Shown piece by piece: positions 34,825 to 49,145 of a DNA stretch of 64,000 bases. The number at the start of each line of letters is the position of its first letter. Position 1 is the first letter of the stretch. The notes under the pieces are model-generated. The model did not search any database, had not been told where the DNA came from, and worked only from the letters and a program-made list of their open reading frames with translations. The position numbers were made by a program, and so were the translations under genes. The stretch comes from Balanoglossus misakiensis (lineage: Eukaryota > Animalia > Hemichordata): assembly GCA_040954595.2 (NCBI GenBank), contig JBECUI020000034.1:130895-194894 (forward strand), read 5' to 3'.

Positions 34825-35748
34825 ATGCAACATTTGTTTTTGCACGATATAAGTTTCGTCACTGAACTTTGTGGTGTAAATGATGCTAATGTTCGATATA
34901 TAGAAGAATTACTTGGATGCCCGGTATATGTTCGGGGAAATATTTTGTACCTAGACAGCCAGAATGCTGATACACATAGTCTTTTTGCTCATATCTGTAA
35001 GCAACTTGTTTCATGTGTTGAGGCGGGGAAGGAAGTAACACATGATCTTATTCGATCACTCTTTGAAAGCGGAATGCAATATTCCGAACCACCCACAATA
35101 CATATTCCCATCGTTGATGTAACCATATATCCGCGTACTGCTGGACAAAGAGAATTTATTTATGCCATGCAATCAGCGCAACTTTGTTTGGCAAGTGGAC
35201 CTGCAGGAACAGGCAAAACATATTTAGCAGTTTCGCAAGCACTTTCTTGTATCTTTAGCAAAAAAGTAAAGCGTCTGGTCATGACTCGGCCAGTCGTAGA
35301 AGTGGGCGAACGATTGGGCTTTCTTCCAGGAGATGTTTCACAGAAGGTGGCTCCCTATCTCCACCCCTTATTTGATGTACTAGGGGCGCTTCTACCGCAG
35401 GATATTCTTGAGCGCATGGAAAAGAGAAAAGAAATAGAAGTACTTCCACTTGCCTATATGCGTGGAAGAAATATTGACAATAGCTTCATTATTCTTGATG
35501 AGGCACAAAATGTAGGAAAAGAGCAAATGAAGATGTTTCTTACCCGGATCGGAGAAGGAAGCATAGCTGTCATTGCGGGAGATCCCAGCCAATGCGATGT
35601 TCCAAACGAGCAGTCCGCATTAAAACATGCCATGAAAATACTAGCACCACTTGAGGAAGTGTCAATGGTTACATTTTCCAGTGCTGATGTTGTGCGTAGT
35701 TCCTTTGTAAAGAAAATTGTAGAATTATATGATGAGGAAAATGTCTAA
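34825..35748 (+). CDS. phoH: PhoH-family ATPase
   Basis: GPAGTGKTYLA, RPVVE.GE.LGFLPGD, PLAYMRGR, LDEAQN, FLTRIG. Confidence 0.93.
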   Translation: MQHLFLHDISFVTELCGVNDANVRYIEELLGCPVYVRGNILYLDSQNADTHSLFAHICKQLVSCVEAGKEVTHDLIRSLFESGMQYSEPPTIHIPIVDVTIYPRTAGQREFIYAMQSAQLCLASGPAGTGKTYLAVSQALSCIFSKKVKRLVMTRPVVEVGERLGFLPGDVSQKVAPYLHPLFDVLGALLPQDILERMEKRKEIEVLPLAYMRGRNIDNSFIILDEAQNVGKEQMKMFLTRIGEGSIAVIAGDPSQCDVPNEQSALKHAMKILAPLEEVSMVTFSSADVVRSSFVKKIVELYDEENV

Positions 35749-36193
35749 TTTAGTGCAAAACAATGTGGTGCGTTGTTCTGCTGTAGGATTGGATGATGAG
35801 TCCGATTTTGCACAATTATCTGATTATACGGTGTATATAATGGATTATCTCAAGCTTGATTCCATGGAGGTATCAATTTGTATGGTTAGTAATGAATATA
35901 TGCGTCATTTGAGTTCTCATTATAGAAACATTGATGCAGTAACTGATGTACTATCTTTTTCTCAGCAAGAAGGGGTAGCTGTTCCGTCGGGTTCTATTCT
36001 TGGCGATATTGTCTGTGCTCCACAATACATAGAAGAGCAGGCTCAGCGTTTGAACGTGCCGTATAAAGAAGAGCTACAAAGGTGTGTTCTGCATGGCTTA
36101 TTACACCTTATAGGCATGGAGCATACTGAAAAAAATTCTTACATGTTGCAGTTACAGGAAGAAATAATGCAACATTGCCGGAGTCTATTTTGA
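35741..36193 (+). CDS. ybeY: rRNA maturation endoribonuclease YbeY
   Basis: TDVLSF, LGDI, HGLLHLIGMEH. Confidence 0.92.
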   Translation: MSNLVQNNVVRCSAVGLDDESDFAQLSDYTVYIMDYLKLDSMEVSICMVSNEYMRHLSSHYRNIDAVTDVLSFSQQEGVAVPSGSILGDIVCAPQYIEEQAQRLNVPYKEELQRCVLHGLLHLIGMEHTEKNSYMLQLQEEIMQHCRSLF

Positions 36194-36978
36194 AACATTT
36201 CATAACAAATTTGGATATTTTTAAGAATCGGAAGAAACGGAAGAGAGAAGAAAGTCTTTCTCCCGAGGCTTTGACCATGATAGAGGGCATATATGCTTTA
36301 TCGGAGAAAACAGTAAAGGATATTATTGTTCCACGTATTGATGTAGTATTCTTGGAGTTGGAATCCTCCCGAAAGGAGTTCCTCAATACAGTTGCTACCT
36401 CGGGACATTCACGTTTTCCGGTGTACAAGGAACGGATCGATAACGTTGTTGGAACCTTATATGTCAAAGATGTATTAAATAGGTTTGAAGAAGATGCCAT
36501 TGTCATTGAAACAGTTATAAGAAAACCATTCTTTATACCCGAAAGCAAACGGCTGGATTCTTTGTTACGCGAAATGCAGAGCAGGCATATTCATATGGCG
36601 GTTGCTATTGATGAATACGGCGGAGTTGCCGGCATTGTCTGTCTTGAAGATATTATCGAAGAAATCGTAGGAGAAATACAAGATGAATTCGATAACGAGG
36701 AATTGGATATTACGAAGATCGGCGAGTCAATGTACCTCTGTGATTCCCGCGTTAATATTGACGATCTGAACGAAAAACTGGGGGTTGATATACCGAATAA
36801 CGATTTTGGCACCCTCGGAGGGTTTGTCTTTGAACTCTTTGGAAAAATTCCTGTAAAATTTGAAAAAGTCAGTTATGACAGTCTGGAACTTATCATCCAG
36901 GAAATGGATGGGAGGAAAATAAAAAAGGTAAAAATTATAAAGAAACTTGTCAGAGATGAAGAAGAACATGAAGGGTAA
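36190..36978 (+). CDS. tlyC: CBS-CorC/TlyC (hemolysin C-like) protein
   Basis: IVPRID, GHSRFPVY, DEYGGVAG, EDIIEEIVGEIQDEFD, TLGG. Confidence 0.85.
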   Translation: MKHFITNLDIFKNRKKRKREESLSPEALTMIEGIYALSEKTVKDIIVPRIDVVFLELESSRKEFLNTVATSGHSRFPVYKERIDNVVGTLYVKDVLNRFEEDAIVIETVIRKPFFIPESKRLDSLLREMQSRHIHMAVAIDEYGGVAGIVCLEDIIEEIVGEIQDEFDNEELDITKIGESMYLCDSRVNIDDLNEKLGVDIPNNDFGTLGGFVFELFGKIPVKFEKVSYDSLELIIQEMDGRKIKKVKIIKKLVRDEEEHEG

Positions 36979-38980
36979 ATACGCACATTGCGTAGTATTT
37001 TTTCTCTGTAGTCTTTCCCTTCTTGTTGCACAAATCACGCCCCCATCGCTGGGAAATGCTCGAAGTCATTTTATTGAGGGTGAGGAGCATTTTGCAGATG
37101 GATTGCTCGGCAAGGAAGATGCATTATACCGTGCGGTTGATAGTTTCCTTCGTGCATTGGAAATTAATCCGCATTATTCCGAAGCCATGATTTCTCTTTC
37201 CCGTGTCTACTATCAGTTAAAGGAATACGACCGGGCATTAGAGTTTCTTAATCTTGCAGAGAGTGAGGGAACAACTACTGCCATCCATACTCAAAAGGCA
37301 AATATTTTTCTGGCACTTGGCAATCTTCCAGAAGCAGAAGGTCTTTTTGGATTAGCTTTAAGTAGCAATCCTAATGAGATAGATGCATATCTTGGTAAGG
37401 CAGAATTAGCCCTCTTCAGGGGCAATGTTACAGAGGCATTATCGGAATACCGGGAAGTACTGAAACGTTCTGCAAATAACCGCAAGGCCCTGCTCGCAGT
37501 AGCAATTATTAACAGCAGCATTGCACGGTTTCAAGATGCGGATATTGCCATTGAACAGGTTCTCCAGCACCATTCATTATCGCCCCTCGTGCATGAGACG
37601 GCAGCTACCTACTATCTTTCCCGGAACAAGCATGAGTTAGCGGAGTATCATGCTCGAACGGCAATCAGCCTGAACAACTCGTCTGAGACTGCGTTATCTA
37701 TCCTTGTGGATGTCGCCATGACGAACAATGATGTACGAACAGCAAGAGATTATGCAACACAGCTGGTATCGCTGAATCCTGATAGTCTTGCATCATGGTT
37801 AAAACACGGGCATATTACCGCGGCAGCAGGTGACTTTGATACGGCCATAGAATCCTATCAACGGGCATTAATTATTAATCCCAATAGCGAATTGGTACAT
37901 ATCGCACTAGAACATCTTCTCATTGAAGAACTTGATTATAGTGATAAGCGTCGAATCCGGCATGCACAGACCTACCTTGAGCGTGGAAAACAATTTAACC
38001 GTAGTCATCGTAGCCAGGAAGCCGAGGTCATGTATCGACGCGGACTTCGCCTCGATCCCTATTCATTTGAACTCCGGCAGTCCCTTGCGGAATTATACAA
38101 TATTCGGCAAGAGTACAGCAGATATTTGCAGGAACTCAATGTTCTAGCGACTCTGAGCGAAACAAGCAATAGGATACTTGAGGAAGAAATAGAAACCCTT
38201 GACAGTGCCTTAGCCACTACCGTTGCATCACGGTGGCAGGTTAATCAGTTTTTTATCGAACGAACAAGAACAAAAGTAAAACTTTTCTATAACAGCGTTC
38301 CCACCACTGTTGAGGAGGAGAACCGAAAGTACATTGCCTGGTATGCCCGAGAGTTATTGCTGAATAATGATTCTTTACACCTAATGCCAAGTGTTGATCA
38401 AGTACCTTCTCTCAGTGATGCCATGAGCATTGCACGAAGTGAAAATGTTCAGTACTTTATCATTTTAGATGTTCAGCATTCCCCGCGTTCGGTTTTAAGT
38501 AGTGCAACATTATACACTGCAGCCGGTGCAGAGATGGCAACACACTCTTCGCTGCAGGCAGGGCTGGACATGTTACGCCATTCACTGGAACAAGTTTGGA
38601 TATTGTACTTGCTGCCATACCGGTACGAGGAAGGGTATTAGAGCGTGTAAATAATTCAGTCCTTGTTGGCTTGGGCACCCTTGATGGCATTCTTCCGGGT
38701 ACGGTTCTTCCAGTTTTGGAGAATGGAGCCATCACCCTGCAGCCTGATCCCCCAGGGATTTTCTTTTCCAGAAGAGTTATTGCTGGGAAATATTACTATT
38801 ACAACAGTAGATGCACTTGTCTCAGAAGGAAATTATCTTCCAATAAGTTTTCCAGATCGCCTTCAGATTGGTGACGAAGTCATCATTCTTTTTACTGCTG
38901 ATGATTTGGAACTGGCAAAACGAGTGCAATCTTTTCCCCTTCCGCAACCAATATTTTCTATTATTCGTGAATTGCCTTGA
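36968..38980 (+). CDS. Large exported TPR protein (frameshifts about 38595 and 38760)
   Basis: Signal peptide, many TPR units (ALEINP..SEA, ALIINPNS); C-terminal G.V.ER...VGLG.LDG domain in ORFs 38596-38980. Confidence 0.78.
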
Positions 38981-39005
38981 TTTATATCCTAATGCTTGAT
39001 ATACT
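38977..39005 (+). promoter_or_regulatory. Putative sigma70 promoter of the gap operon
   Basis: TTGATT-17 nt-(TGa)TATACT; GGAGG RBS at 39027-39031. Confidence 0.65.
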
Positions 39006-39035
39006 TTTGGTAATATTTTTTAGCACGGAGGAATT

Positions 39036-40035
39036 ATGATTGCTATAAATGGATTTGGACGCATGGAAGAAATGTCTTTAAGATTGCACTTGAAAAGAAT
39101 GTTGATGTTGTTGGTATCAATGACATAACTGATACAAAGACACTTGCGTATTTGTTAAAGTATGACTCAACACAGGGAGGCTTTCCCGGTACAGTTGAGT
39201 TTGATGATGATCATATTATTGTAAACAAGAAAAAAATACCGGAGTCTGCAGTGAGCGAAACCCGAAAAACATTCCATGGGGTGCAAAGCCTGCAGTTGTT
39301 ATTGAATCGACTGGAATCTTTCGAGAGCGAGAAGGTGCACGTGGTGGCTACGGTGACCATATTAAGAACACTTCTTTCCCGGCAAAACGTGTTATTTTAA
39401 CTGTTCCGTCAAAGGATGATATTGATAATATGATAGTACTCGGGGTGAATGATCATGCTCTTCGTCCTGAGCATACCTGTATATCAAATGCATCGTGTAC
39501 TACCAATTGTCTTGCACCTATCGCTAAGATTTTGCATCAGGAGTTTGGCATTATTTCCGGATACATGACTACCGTACATGCCTATACAAACGATCAAGTT
39601 ATTCTTGATGCACCACATAGTGATTTGCGTCGTGCTCGATCAGCTGCTCTTTCGCTTATCCCTACAACAACTGGGGCTGCAAAAGCAGTCGGCAAGGTTT
39701 TGCCGGAGCTAAACGGCAAGCTGGATGGTACTGCCATTCGTGTACCAATTCCAACCGGATCCATTGTTGACCTTGTTGCGGTACTTAAAAAGCCTGCTAC
39801 AGTGCAGGAAGTAAACGATGCCGTGAAGAAAGCTGCTCAGGGAGAACTGAAAAACATTGTACAATATGTAGACGAGCCTATTGTATCGGCTGACATTGTA
39901 CAGAATGCCCATTCATCAATATTCGATGCACTCAGCACAATGGTAATGGGTGATATGGTAAAAGTTTTTTCATGGTATGACAATGAATGGGGATATTCGA
40001 ACAGGGTTGTTGACCTTGCCAAGAAATTGATATAA
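39036..40035 (+). CDS. gap: Type I glyceraldehyde-3-phosphate dehydrogenase (indels about 39063 and about 39240-39280)
   Basis: [46 protein letters not shown]. Confidence 0.96.
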
Positions 40036-40051
40036 TGGTTAAGGGTAGATA

Positions 40052-41241
40052 ATGCCGAAGAAGTTACAGACTATACGAACTCTTGATTGTAAAGGCAAAC
40101 GTGTATTGATGCGTGTGGACTTCAATGTGCCCCATGCTGGCGGTGTTATTAGTGATAATACCCGTATCAGTGCGGCCCTTGACAGCATGCGAATGCTATT
40201 AAAAAAAGGTGTCGACAAACTCATTTTAGTTAGTCATCTCGGTCGTCCCAAAGGAACTGTTCAACCCGAGTTGAGTTTGCAAATAGTCGCAGAAGAGTTA
40301 GCAAAGCTACTTTCCCAGCCTGTTCATTTTATTTCTGTCCGTACACAATCGGAAATCAACGCTACCATAGACGGTCTTTCACCCGGTTCTGTAGCACTTT
40401 TGGAGAATATACGTTTTTTCCCGGAAGAAACAAAGAATGATGAGGCACTTGCAAAAGGATTGGCAAGTTTTGCTGATTATTTTGTAAATGATGCCTTTGG
40501 TACCGCACACCGCGCACATGCATCCACAGTAGGTGTTATCTTCCATCCTTTGCCGGGGCTTCTCATTGAAAAAGAGGTAGAATTTCTTAGCAGAATTCTT
40601 GATAAGCCTGAAAAACCCTTTCTTGCCATCGTTGGTGGAGCGAAGGTTCAAGTAAGATAGCAATTCTTGAACATCTTCTTCATCATGTAGTACTCTTATT
40701 ATAGGTGGCGGCATGGCATATACTTTTCTGGGCAGTTCAAGGCATAAAGATTGGCAACAGTCTTATTGAAAGGATTATATCTCTGTAGCAGAACGCCTTT
40801 TGCATATGGCAAAGGAAAAGAGTGTTGAAGTCATTCTTCCGATTGACCATGGCGTATCACAAGAGTTTTCAGAAACAGCAGAACGCATAGAATGCGACAT
40901 GAATATTCCTGATGGATATATCGGTATGGATGTCGGGGACAAGAGTATTAGAAAATATATTGATGCGGTGCAGCATGCAAGAACTATTCTATGGAACGGT
41001 CCCACTTGGTGTCTTTGAGTTTAATGCCTTCCAAAGAGGAACAAAGAAATTGGCAGATGCAATTGCTCTTTCCACCGCTTTAACGGTTGTTGGCGGGGGC
41101 GACTCTGTTGCAGCCGCTCGACAGTTTGGTGTTATAGATAAAATAGATCATGTTTTACTGGCGGGGGTGCATCATTGGAATTCCTGGAGGGGAAGATATT
41201 ACCTGGTATTTTGCCATTGATGAAAGAGGTAAAAGATTCCC
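40052..41241 (+). CDS. pgk: Phosphoglycerate kinase (several indels; stop not resolved)
   Basis: RVDFNVP, SHLGRP, LENIRF, DAFGTAHRAH, GGAKV, GGGMAYTF, WNGP, GGGDS, GGGASLEFLEG..LPG. Confidence 0.95.
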
Positions 41242-41997
<756 letters not shown>

Positions 41998-42008
41998 TGG
42001 AGGAAACC

Positions 42009-42366
42009 ATGCAATAGTCAGTATATTATTACTGATCGTTTTTATTATTAGTTCACTTCTTCTTATCCTTCTTGTTATGTTACAGGGAGAAGCAGGAGAT
42101 GAGCTCGGTGGCTTGTTTGGCGGAGGTGCATCTCAACAGATGGGAATGCGTTCCGGTAACATTCTAACAAGAATAACAGCGGTGCTCGGAACGATCTTTT
42201 TTTCTTAGTGCCTTTGGGGTGGCTTGGATAAATCGTACCCCGGATACAGCAGATATAGAACGAGCAGCGCGTTCCCATTGATGAACAGGTTGAGTGGTGG
42301 CAGGAAGAAGACACGGAACCTGTACAAAGTGATACGACTGAGACGGAAATTCAACAGAATAATTAG
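42009..42366 (+). CDS. secG: Preprotein translocase subunit SecG (missing from the ORF track because of indels)
   Basis: Hand translation ..LLLILLVMLQGEAGDELGGLFGGG...SGNILTRITAVLGTIFF..; GGAGG RBS; follows tpiA. Confidence 0.88.
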
Positions 42367-42371
42367 TACAA

Positions 42372-42790
42372 ATGAGAGTAGGCATTCTTTATTATGCACC
42401 TCGTAGAACTCATCTTGCACAGCAATTCAGTCGTGAACTTAGCAGGACTTTGCAGTCTGCTAATCATCATATTGATGTTCATAACATTCTACAGAACAGT
42501 GAACTTCGATTAATTAGCTATCAGTACCTGATTATTATAGCTGAAGACAAAAAGCAATTGGAGCAGTGTCATTCTTGATCGATTACGAAAAAGTTTATCA
42601 CATGCAGGGACTTAGGGAAAACGTAGTGCAGCAATCCTGTTAAGCCAAGCGCTATGGAAAAATAAAGCATTAGTAAACTTGATGAAGATATTAGAGGCTG
42701 AGGGTATGTTGGTTAATTATTCTGCAATTATTAGCAATGCCACGAGGCCGATTCTATCGGGCGGGTATTGCCAGTTGAAAGAACTTGATT
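42372..42790 (+). CDS. Hypothetical protein, flavodoxin-like alpha/beta pattern (frameshifted; end approximate)
   Basis: MRVGILYY...L...L...IDV...YQYLII; GKRSAA; ALVNLMKILEAEGM across frames. Confidence 0.5.
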
Positions 42791-43501
42791 ATTATGCAAT
42801 ACTTGGCATAGAAAAGCATGCCGATGTACAGGAAATAAAACAGGCATATCGAAAAAAACTTAAGAATTTGCATCCGGACTTAGCTAAATCCTACGATTCA
42901 AAAAGTTTCAGATGTTGATGATAGCGTATCGCACTTTGCTGAATATGCAGCAGTTGAAGGACACCTATAGTCAACACAGAGATGAGTATGAACAGTTTCG
43001 ATATCGTGATTTTCTGCAAGCACGGGCAGATAATCCGCATATTCTTGCACAATTGATTTTTTACGATCTGCTTCATGATCATATTGAGAATGCAATTCAG
43101 TTGTATGAAGAAAACATATTGATGCAGGGACTTGATTTGCAGCAATTTATGAAGTATGAAGACTATATGACTGGCATATTTCTTTTGGCAGAAGGATATC
43201 AACGGCAAAAGTGCTACCTACCATGCGTATCAGTTGTTTATTACTATTGTTCGATTAGAAACAATTGAACCATGTTTTTATCACTTTATTGAAGCTATTA
43301 TGGAAGAAATATATCCAGATAGTACATACAGACCTTCCAAAAATCTTAACAAAGGATGCTGCATTACGTTGTGCCAAACAGGCCAAAATCTTTAATTTCC
43401 AAAGAAAAAGAAACAACAACTGCAACATTTAATATCGGAACTATCTGCCGATATTATTCCTACAAGAAAAATCTTGGAAGAGAGTAAAAAGAATCCTATA
43501 G
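42775..43501 (+). CDS. DnaJ-domain protein (frameshifted; end approximate)
   Basis: DYYAILGI....D..EIKQAYRK....LHPD J-domain followed by a helical region. Confidence 0.78.
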
Positions 43502-43510
43502 GGGGAAACA

Positions 43511-44545
43511 ATGTATATAAAAAGGCTATAAGAGCAATTATTCTTATTTTTATGCTTACGTTTTAGCTTACAAGCACAGGTTCTTGATAAACCAGTTGCA
43601 ACTGTACGCCTGACAAAGTTTGAAAATATCGGGCAAACATTTTTGAAGAAGCAAATTACGCAGTTGGAGGCACAGCTAGGTCGTACGTTCTCAATGGATG
43701 AACGCAAAGAGATTCTTGAATTGGAAATAGGAAAGAGGCTCATATTGCAAGCTCAGGAAAGAGATCGGATACGCCCGACTGTGGAAGAAGTCGAGCAGGC
43801 AATTTTTCAAGTACGGCAAGGTCCTTGGTGCTGAGTTTCCGAGGTCGAATTTCGGCGTATCGTTGCTGAGCAAACTGGCCTGCCATATGAAGAATATGAA
43901 GAGGAAATACGAGACCGGCTTGCGATTGATAAGTACGTTTTGCACAAAAAGGGAAAATCTCCTCACAGGGATAAAAGAGCCGACAGACGAAGCTATTCAA
44001 TCCTTTTATGATGCAAATGCAACGGCAATTTACCAATCCGTCACTCATTCGCTTTAATCATATTTTCTTTGATACGCGAAGAAATGCAAATGCAAGTACG
44101 CAGAAAGAAGATGCTGAAAAAATGCTTGCATCAATTCGTAAGAATGAGAAAACATTTGAGGAAGTTCTCGATGAAACCCTCGACATTGCTACTGTTTCAG
44201 GTGGGGATTCGGCTACCTTGCACGTGGTGATCCACAACAAGAAGAAGCACTGGGCAAAAAATTTATTGAAATTCTTTTTTCGCTTGAACGAGATGATGTT
44301 AGCGAAGTGCTTGAATCGAATCTTGGTTATCACATTGTTAAGGTTACAAACAAGCGGCGTGCAAAACTCTTGGAGTTACGGGATCCCATCTTTCCCGGCG
44401 AGCGCACAACTGTAATGGGTATATCAAGGACTATTTAATCAAGCAGGAGCAAGCATTACGCATGTCTGAGGCAACTCAGGAGTTAATTGATGAGTTGAAA
44501 ACAGAGGCTGAAGTACGTAAATTTGAAGAAAATCTCGACTGGTAA
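43511..44545 (+). CDS. SurA/parvulin-like periplasmic peptidyl-prolyl isomerase/chaperone (frameshifted)
   Basis: Signal peptide, DKPVATVRL, LILQAQERD, HIFF, GGD.GY, S.VLES..GYHIV; ends NLDW; precedes nusB. Confidence 0.75.
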
Positions 44546-44566
44546 TGCCGATAGGTTAATACGTAG

Positions 44567-44990
44567 ATGGTAACAAGACGTGATGAACGAATTCTTGCTA
44601 TGCAGGCACTCTATTGCTGGGAAGTTTCCAATATCCCTGTGGATGGCTACTCCAATTTTCATGGTTTGTCTGAGGACAATCAAAAAAGTCGACCATGAAT
44701 TTACTGTTGAACTGATCCGTGGTGTTATTCAGCATATCCAGCACATTGATTCAATAATCAGAAAGAATTTGGAACACTGGGAGATTGACCGATTAGGAAA
44801 GGTTGACTTAGCAATACTTCGCATGTCTGTATATGAAATGCTGTACGTGGATGAAATTCTCCCAGTTTATTACTATTGATGAGGGAGTTGAAATTGCAAA
44901 AAAGTATTCTGGGGAGACTCTCCGGCTTTTATAAATGGCATTTTAGACTCCATTGCTAGAAAAACAGGATTAAAATTCAATGCCCTTTAA
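44567..44990 (+). CDS. nusB: Transcription antitermination factor NusB (frameshifted)
   Basis: RRDERILAMQALY, WEIDRLGKVDLAILR..YE, IDEGVEIAKKY, FINGILD. Confidence 0.9.
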
Positions 44991-45818
44991 TGAAACTATC
45001 CGGCTAAAAAACATTGAAGAAATACAGTTGATTAAAGAAGGCGGAACAATTCTTGCTAAAACATTGTTGGAATTAAAAAGAATTATTTTCGGTCGGTATG
45101 ACAACTGCGGAATTGGATTTCCTATGCACATAACCTCATTGTGCAAAACGGAGCAGAGCCTTCCTTTCTTGGATACAGAAATTTTCCCGGGAAATATATG
45201 CACTTCCGTAAATGATGTTGTTATTCACGGCATTCCGGGAAACTACAGTCTTCAGAATGGTGATATTATCGGTATTGATTGTGGTGTACGGTACAAGGAA
45301 TATTACAGCGATGCTGCAATTACAGCGATAGTTGGTTCAGGAACACAGAAGCAGAAAATTTGCTAAAGATAACCCATGAATGTCTGATGCGTGGTATTCA
45401 GGTGTCAGAGATGGTGGGAGAATTAAGGATATATCAGTTGCAATTTTTTTAATTATGCGAATGATCACGGCTACGGAGTCGTTCGAGATTTCTGTGGGAC
45501 ATGGGGTAGGGCATCAGCTACATGAAGAAACGGTTATACCCAACTATGGTTACCGGATCAAGCAGTTACGTCTTCGCTCCGGTATGGTATTAGCTATTGA
45601 ACCTATGATTAATATAGGAAAGCCAGATGTGCATATTCTTGATGACGGGTGGGACTGTTGTTACCAGAGACCACTCATTATCAGCACATTTTGAACATAC
45701 AATTGCCATTTTAGATGATGGCATAGATATTCTTACTGAAATATGCAACAATACATATGAAATGTTGTATATTGTTGTATACGACATATGTAAAGTTGTG
45801 CTATTATACTATAATTAG
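44980..45818 (+). CDS. map: Type I methionine aminopeptidase (frameshifted; true end may be nearer 45760)
   Basis: CTSVNDVVIHGIP, GDIIGIDCG, SDAA, GHGVG..LHE, AIEPM, SAHFEHT. Confidence 0.93.
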
Positions 45819-45852
45819 TTATGTTAAGAAACAAAAAGGTGCTATGTAATGT

Positions 45853-47329
<1,477 letters not shown>

Positions 47330-47346
47330 TTATATGTAGAATTGAG

Positions 47347-48021
47347 ATGGAAAACAGTGGCAGGAAAGTCAAAAAAAAAAATATTTATTGATGCACCAAA
47401 CGGTTCGGGGACAATGCCTTAAAATTGGCCCGAAGTATTCATAAGTCTGGGGTTTATACCGGGATGTTTATCTACGTGAACTTACGCGGGGGAGCTGGTA
47501 TTGGAAACGTTATCAGTGAGTACTACAAGGTCGTTGTCAGTTCGGAGATGCGCCCTGTGTACTATGCTGCACTGGTTCTGCGTTCTTATACTGGTCCCCG
47601 TAAGCAATCTCAGGAAGTCTTTATTGATGGCTGGACATACCAGCCGGAGCACTTGCGTCCGGGGAGATAAAATTATGATTGTTGACGACATCTTTGATTC
47701 GGGACAGTCTATCAAATCACTTAGCCAAAATTATTTCCGAACATGGCATCCCACGCAAAAAATATCTGTGTTGTTGTGCACGATTATAAACTACGACAGT
47801 ATAAGAACAGCCCGACAATTTCATCGGATTATTTTTGTAATAAATACGATATTGCTACACCGAAGAGGGACCATTGGATTCATTATCTCAGTCATGAACT
47901 ACAGGGATTAACAAAAGAAGAAATCCAGCAATACTACAGTAAAGATATGCATGAACTAGAAATCCAGCAATACTACAGTAAAGATATGCATGAACTTCTT
48001 CTTGATATTCTTAATAAGTAA
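47347..48021 (+). CDS. Phosphoribosyltransferase (frameshifted)
   Basis: LRGGA, PRPP-binding MIVDDIFDSG, WIHYLSHEL.GL. Confidence 0.8.
47919..47996 (+). repeat. Perfect 39-bp tandem duplication (2 copies, in frame)
   Basis: AGAAATCCAGCAATACTACAGTAAAGATATGCATGAACT at 47919-47957 and 47958-47996, giving EIQQYYSKDMHEL twice. Confidence 0.97.
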
Positions 48022-48028
48022 TAAGATA

Positions 48029-49144
48029 CTACCACTCTTTTAGTTGGTTAGTTCTTGTATTTAATTCCCATATTGTGTCACCGATGGTGCCTATAAGAAT
48101 ATTCTCATTAGGAAGTGTTAGAAGATGCGTAATGGCGACATTATCCAAATCATCATATGCACTGGGCGATGTAATATCATTGATATCGGCACCGGCTGCA
48201 ATATAGTATAGACCCTTTGCACTCGTGCTCAGGTAGTTTGTGCTTCCGACAAACATCTGATCAGAACTTGGTATATAAGCATAGCTCGTAAAAGCAGTAT
48301 TCTTTATATTTGCGGATTTATGCCATTCTGTACCATCGTACATATATATGTAGCCAATAGCAGAAATATATATTTGATCATCCGTACGATGAGCTCGGTT
48401 TATTCCGAAAAACGGTGGTTTTATTAGTTCTATTTGTTCTCCGGCAATGCTCATTGTAACTTGGGAAAAATCATTCGTGCTTGCAGAAGTATAGAGTGCT
48501 GCACGCGACAAGAACCAATACTGTCCTCTAGCATAGATTGCATACTGGATTTGTCCAAAGTTGCTATTGTTTGTGGTGGTAACTTCGGTAACGGTTGCAG
48601 TAGCAGCTTTCCAGTTTGAAATTTCAAAAATTCTTGTTGAAGATTCCCCATCTCTGTTTATGGGGTCGGTTGTATTGCGAACAATAAGAAATAAGTTGCC
48701 GTTTAGTAAAAAGATATTATCATAGATGGGATATCGATTATGCGGTGCCGGTATTATAACTTGATGCCAATCCTTTGTATTGTTTCGAGTTTCGTATACA
48801 TAGAGTTTACTCATTTGAGAAGAGGTATCGTTTTTCTGAATAATAGCAAAAAGTGAGTCCTGTGCTTCGTAGGCAGCTATCTGGCGACTCCTTGTATTTG
48901 CCTCGGGCTGAGGGATCCCCGTCCATTTTTCATCAACACTATTGTACTTGTGTATTTTTCCATACGATACATAGGCAGTATCATTAATTCGCTCAAGCCC
49001 AATAGTGGTAATGCCACGAGGAAATTCGGACTGGACAGCCGCTTTTTCCCGTATGAGCTCGGCAAAAACCCCATAATCACCAAAATCACAGGAAAAGAGC
49101 AGGAAAGGCAGAAATATTATAGAAATTTTTTGTAACATCATCAT
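48029..49144 (-). CDS. Lipoprotein, beta-rich/propeller-like
   Basis: LLFS-C lipobox; repeated short hydrophobic strands with W (YIYMYDGTEW, GLYY, ILIGT); 1 nt after the barrel gene. Confidence 0.65.
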   Translation of the reverse strand: MMMLQKISIIFLPFLLFSCDFGDYGVFAELIREKAAVQSEFPRGITTIGLERINDTAYVSYGKIHKYNSVDEKWTGIPQPEANTRSRQIAAYEAQDSLFAIIQKNDTSSQMSKLYVYETRNNTKDWHQVIIPAPHNRYPIYDNIFLLNGNLFLIVRNTTDPINRDGESSTRIFEISNWKAATATVTEVTTTNNSNFGQIQYAIYARGQYWFLSRAALYTSASTNDFSQVTMSIAGEQIELIKPPFFGINRAHRTDDQIYISAIGYIYMYDGTEWHKSANIKNTAFTSYAYIPSSDQMFVGSTNYLSTSAKGLYYIAAGADINDITSPSAYDDLDNVAITHLLTLPNENILIGTIGDTIWELNTRTNQLKEW

Positions 49145-49145
49145 A

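Noticed and set aside
47919-47996. CRISPR-like repeat
   Set aside because: Two directly abutting copies, no spacer, inside a CDS, and no cas genes
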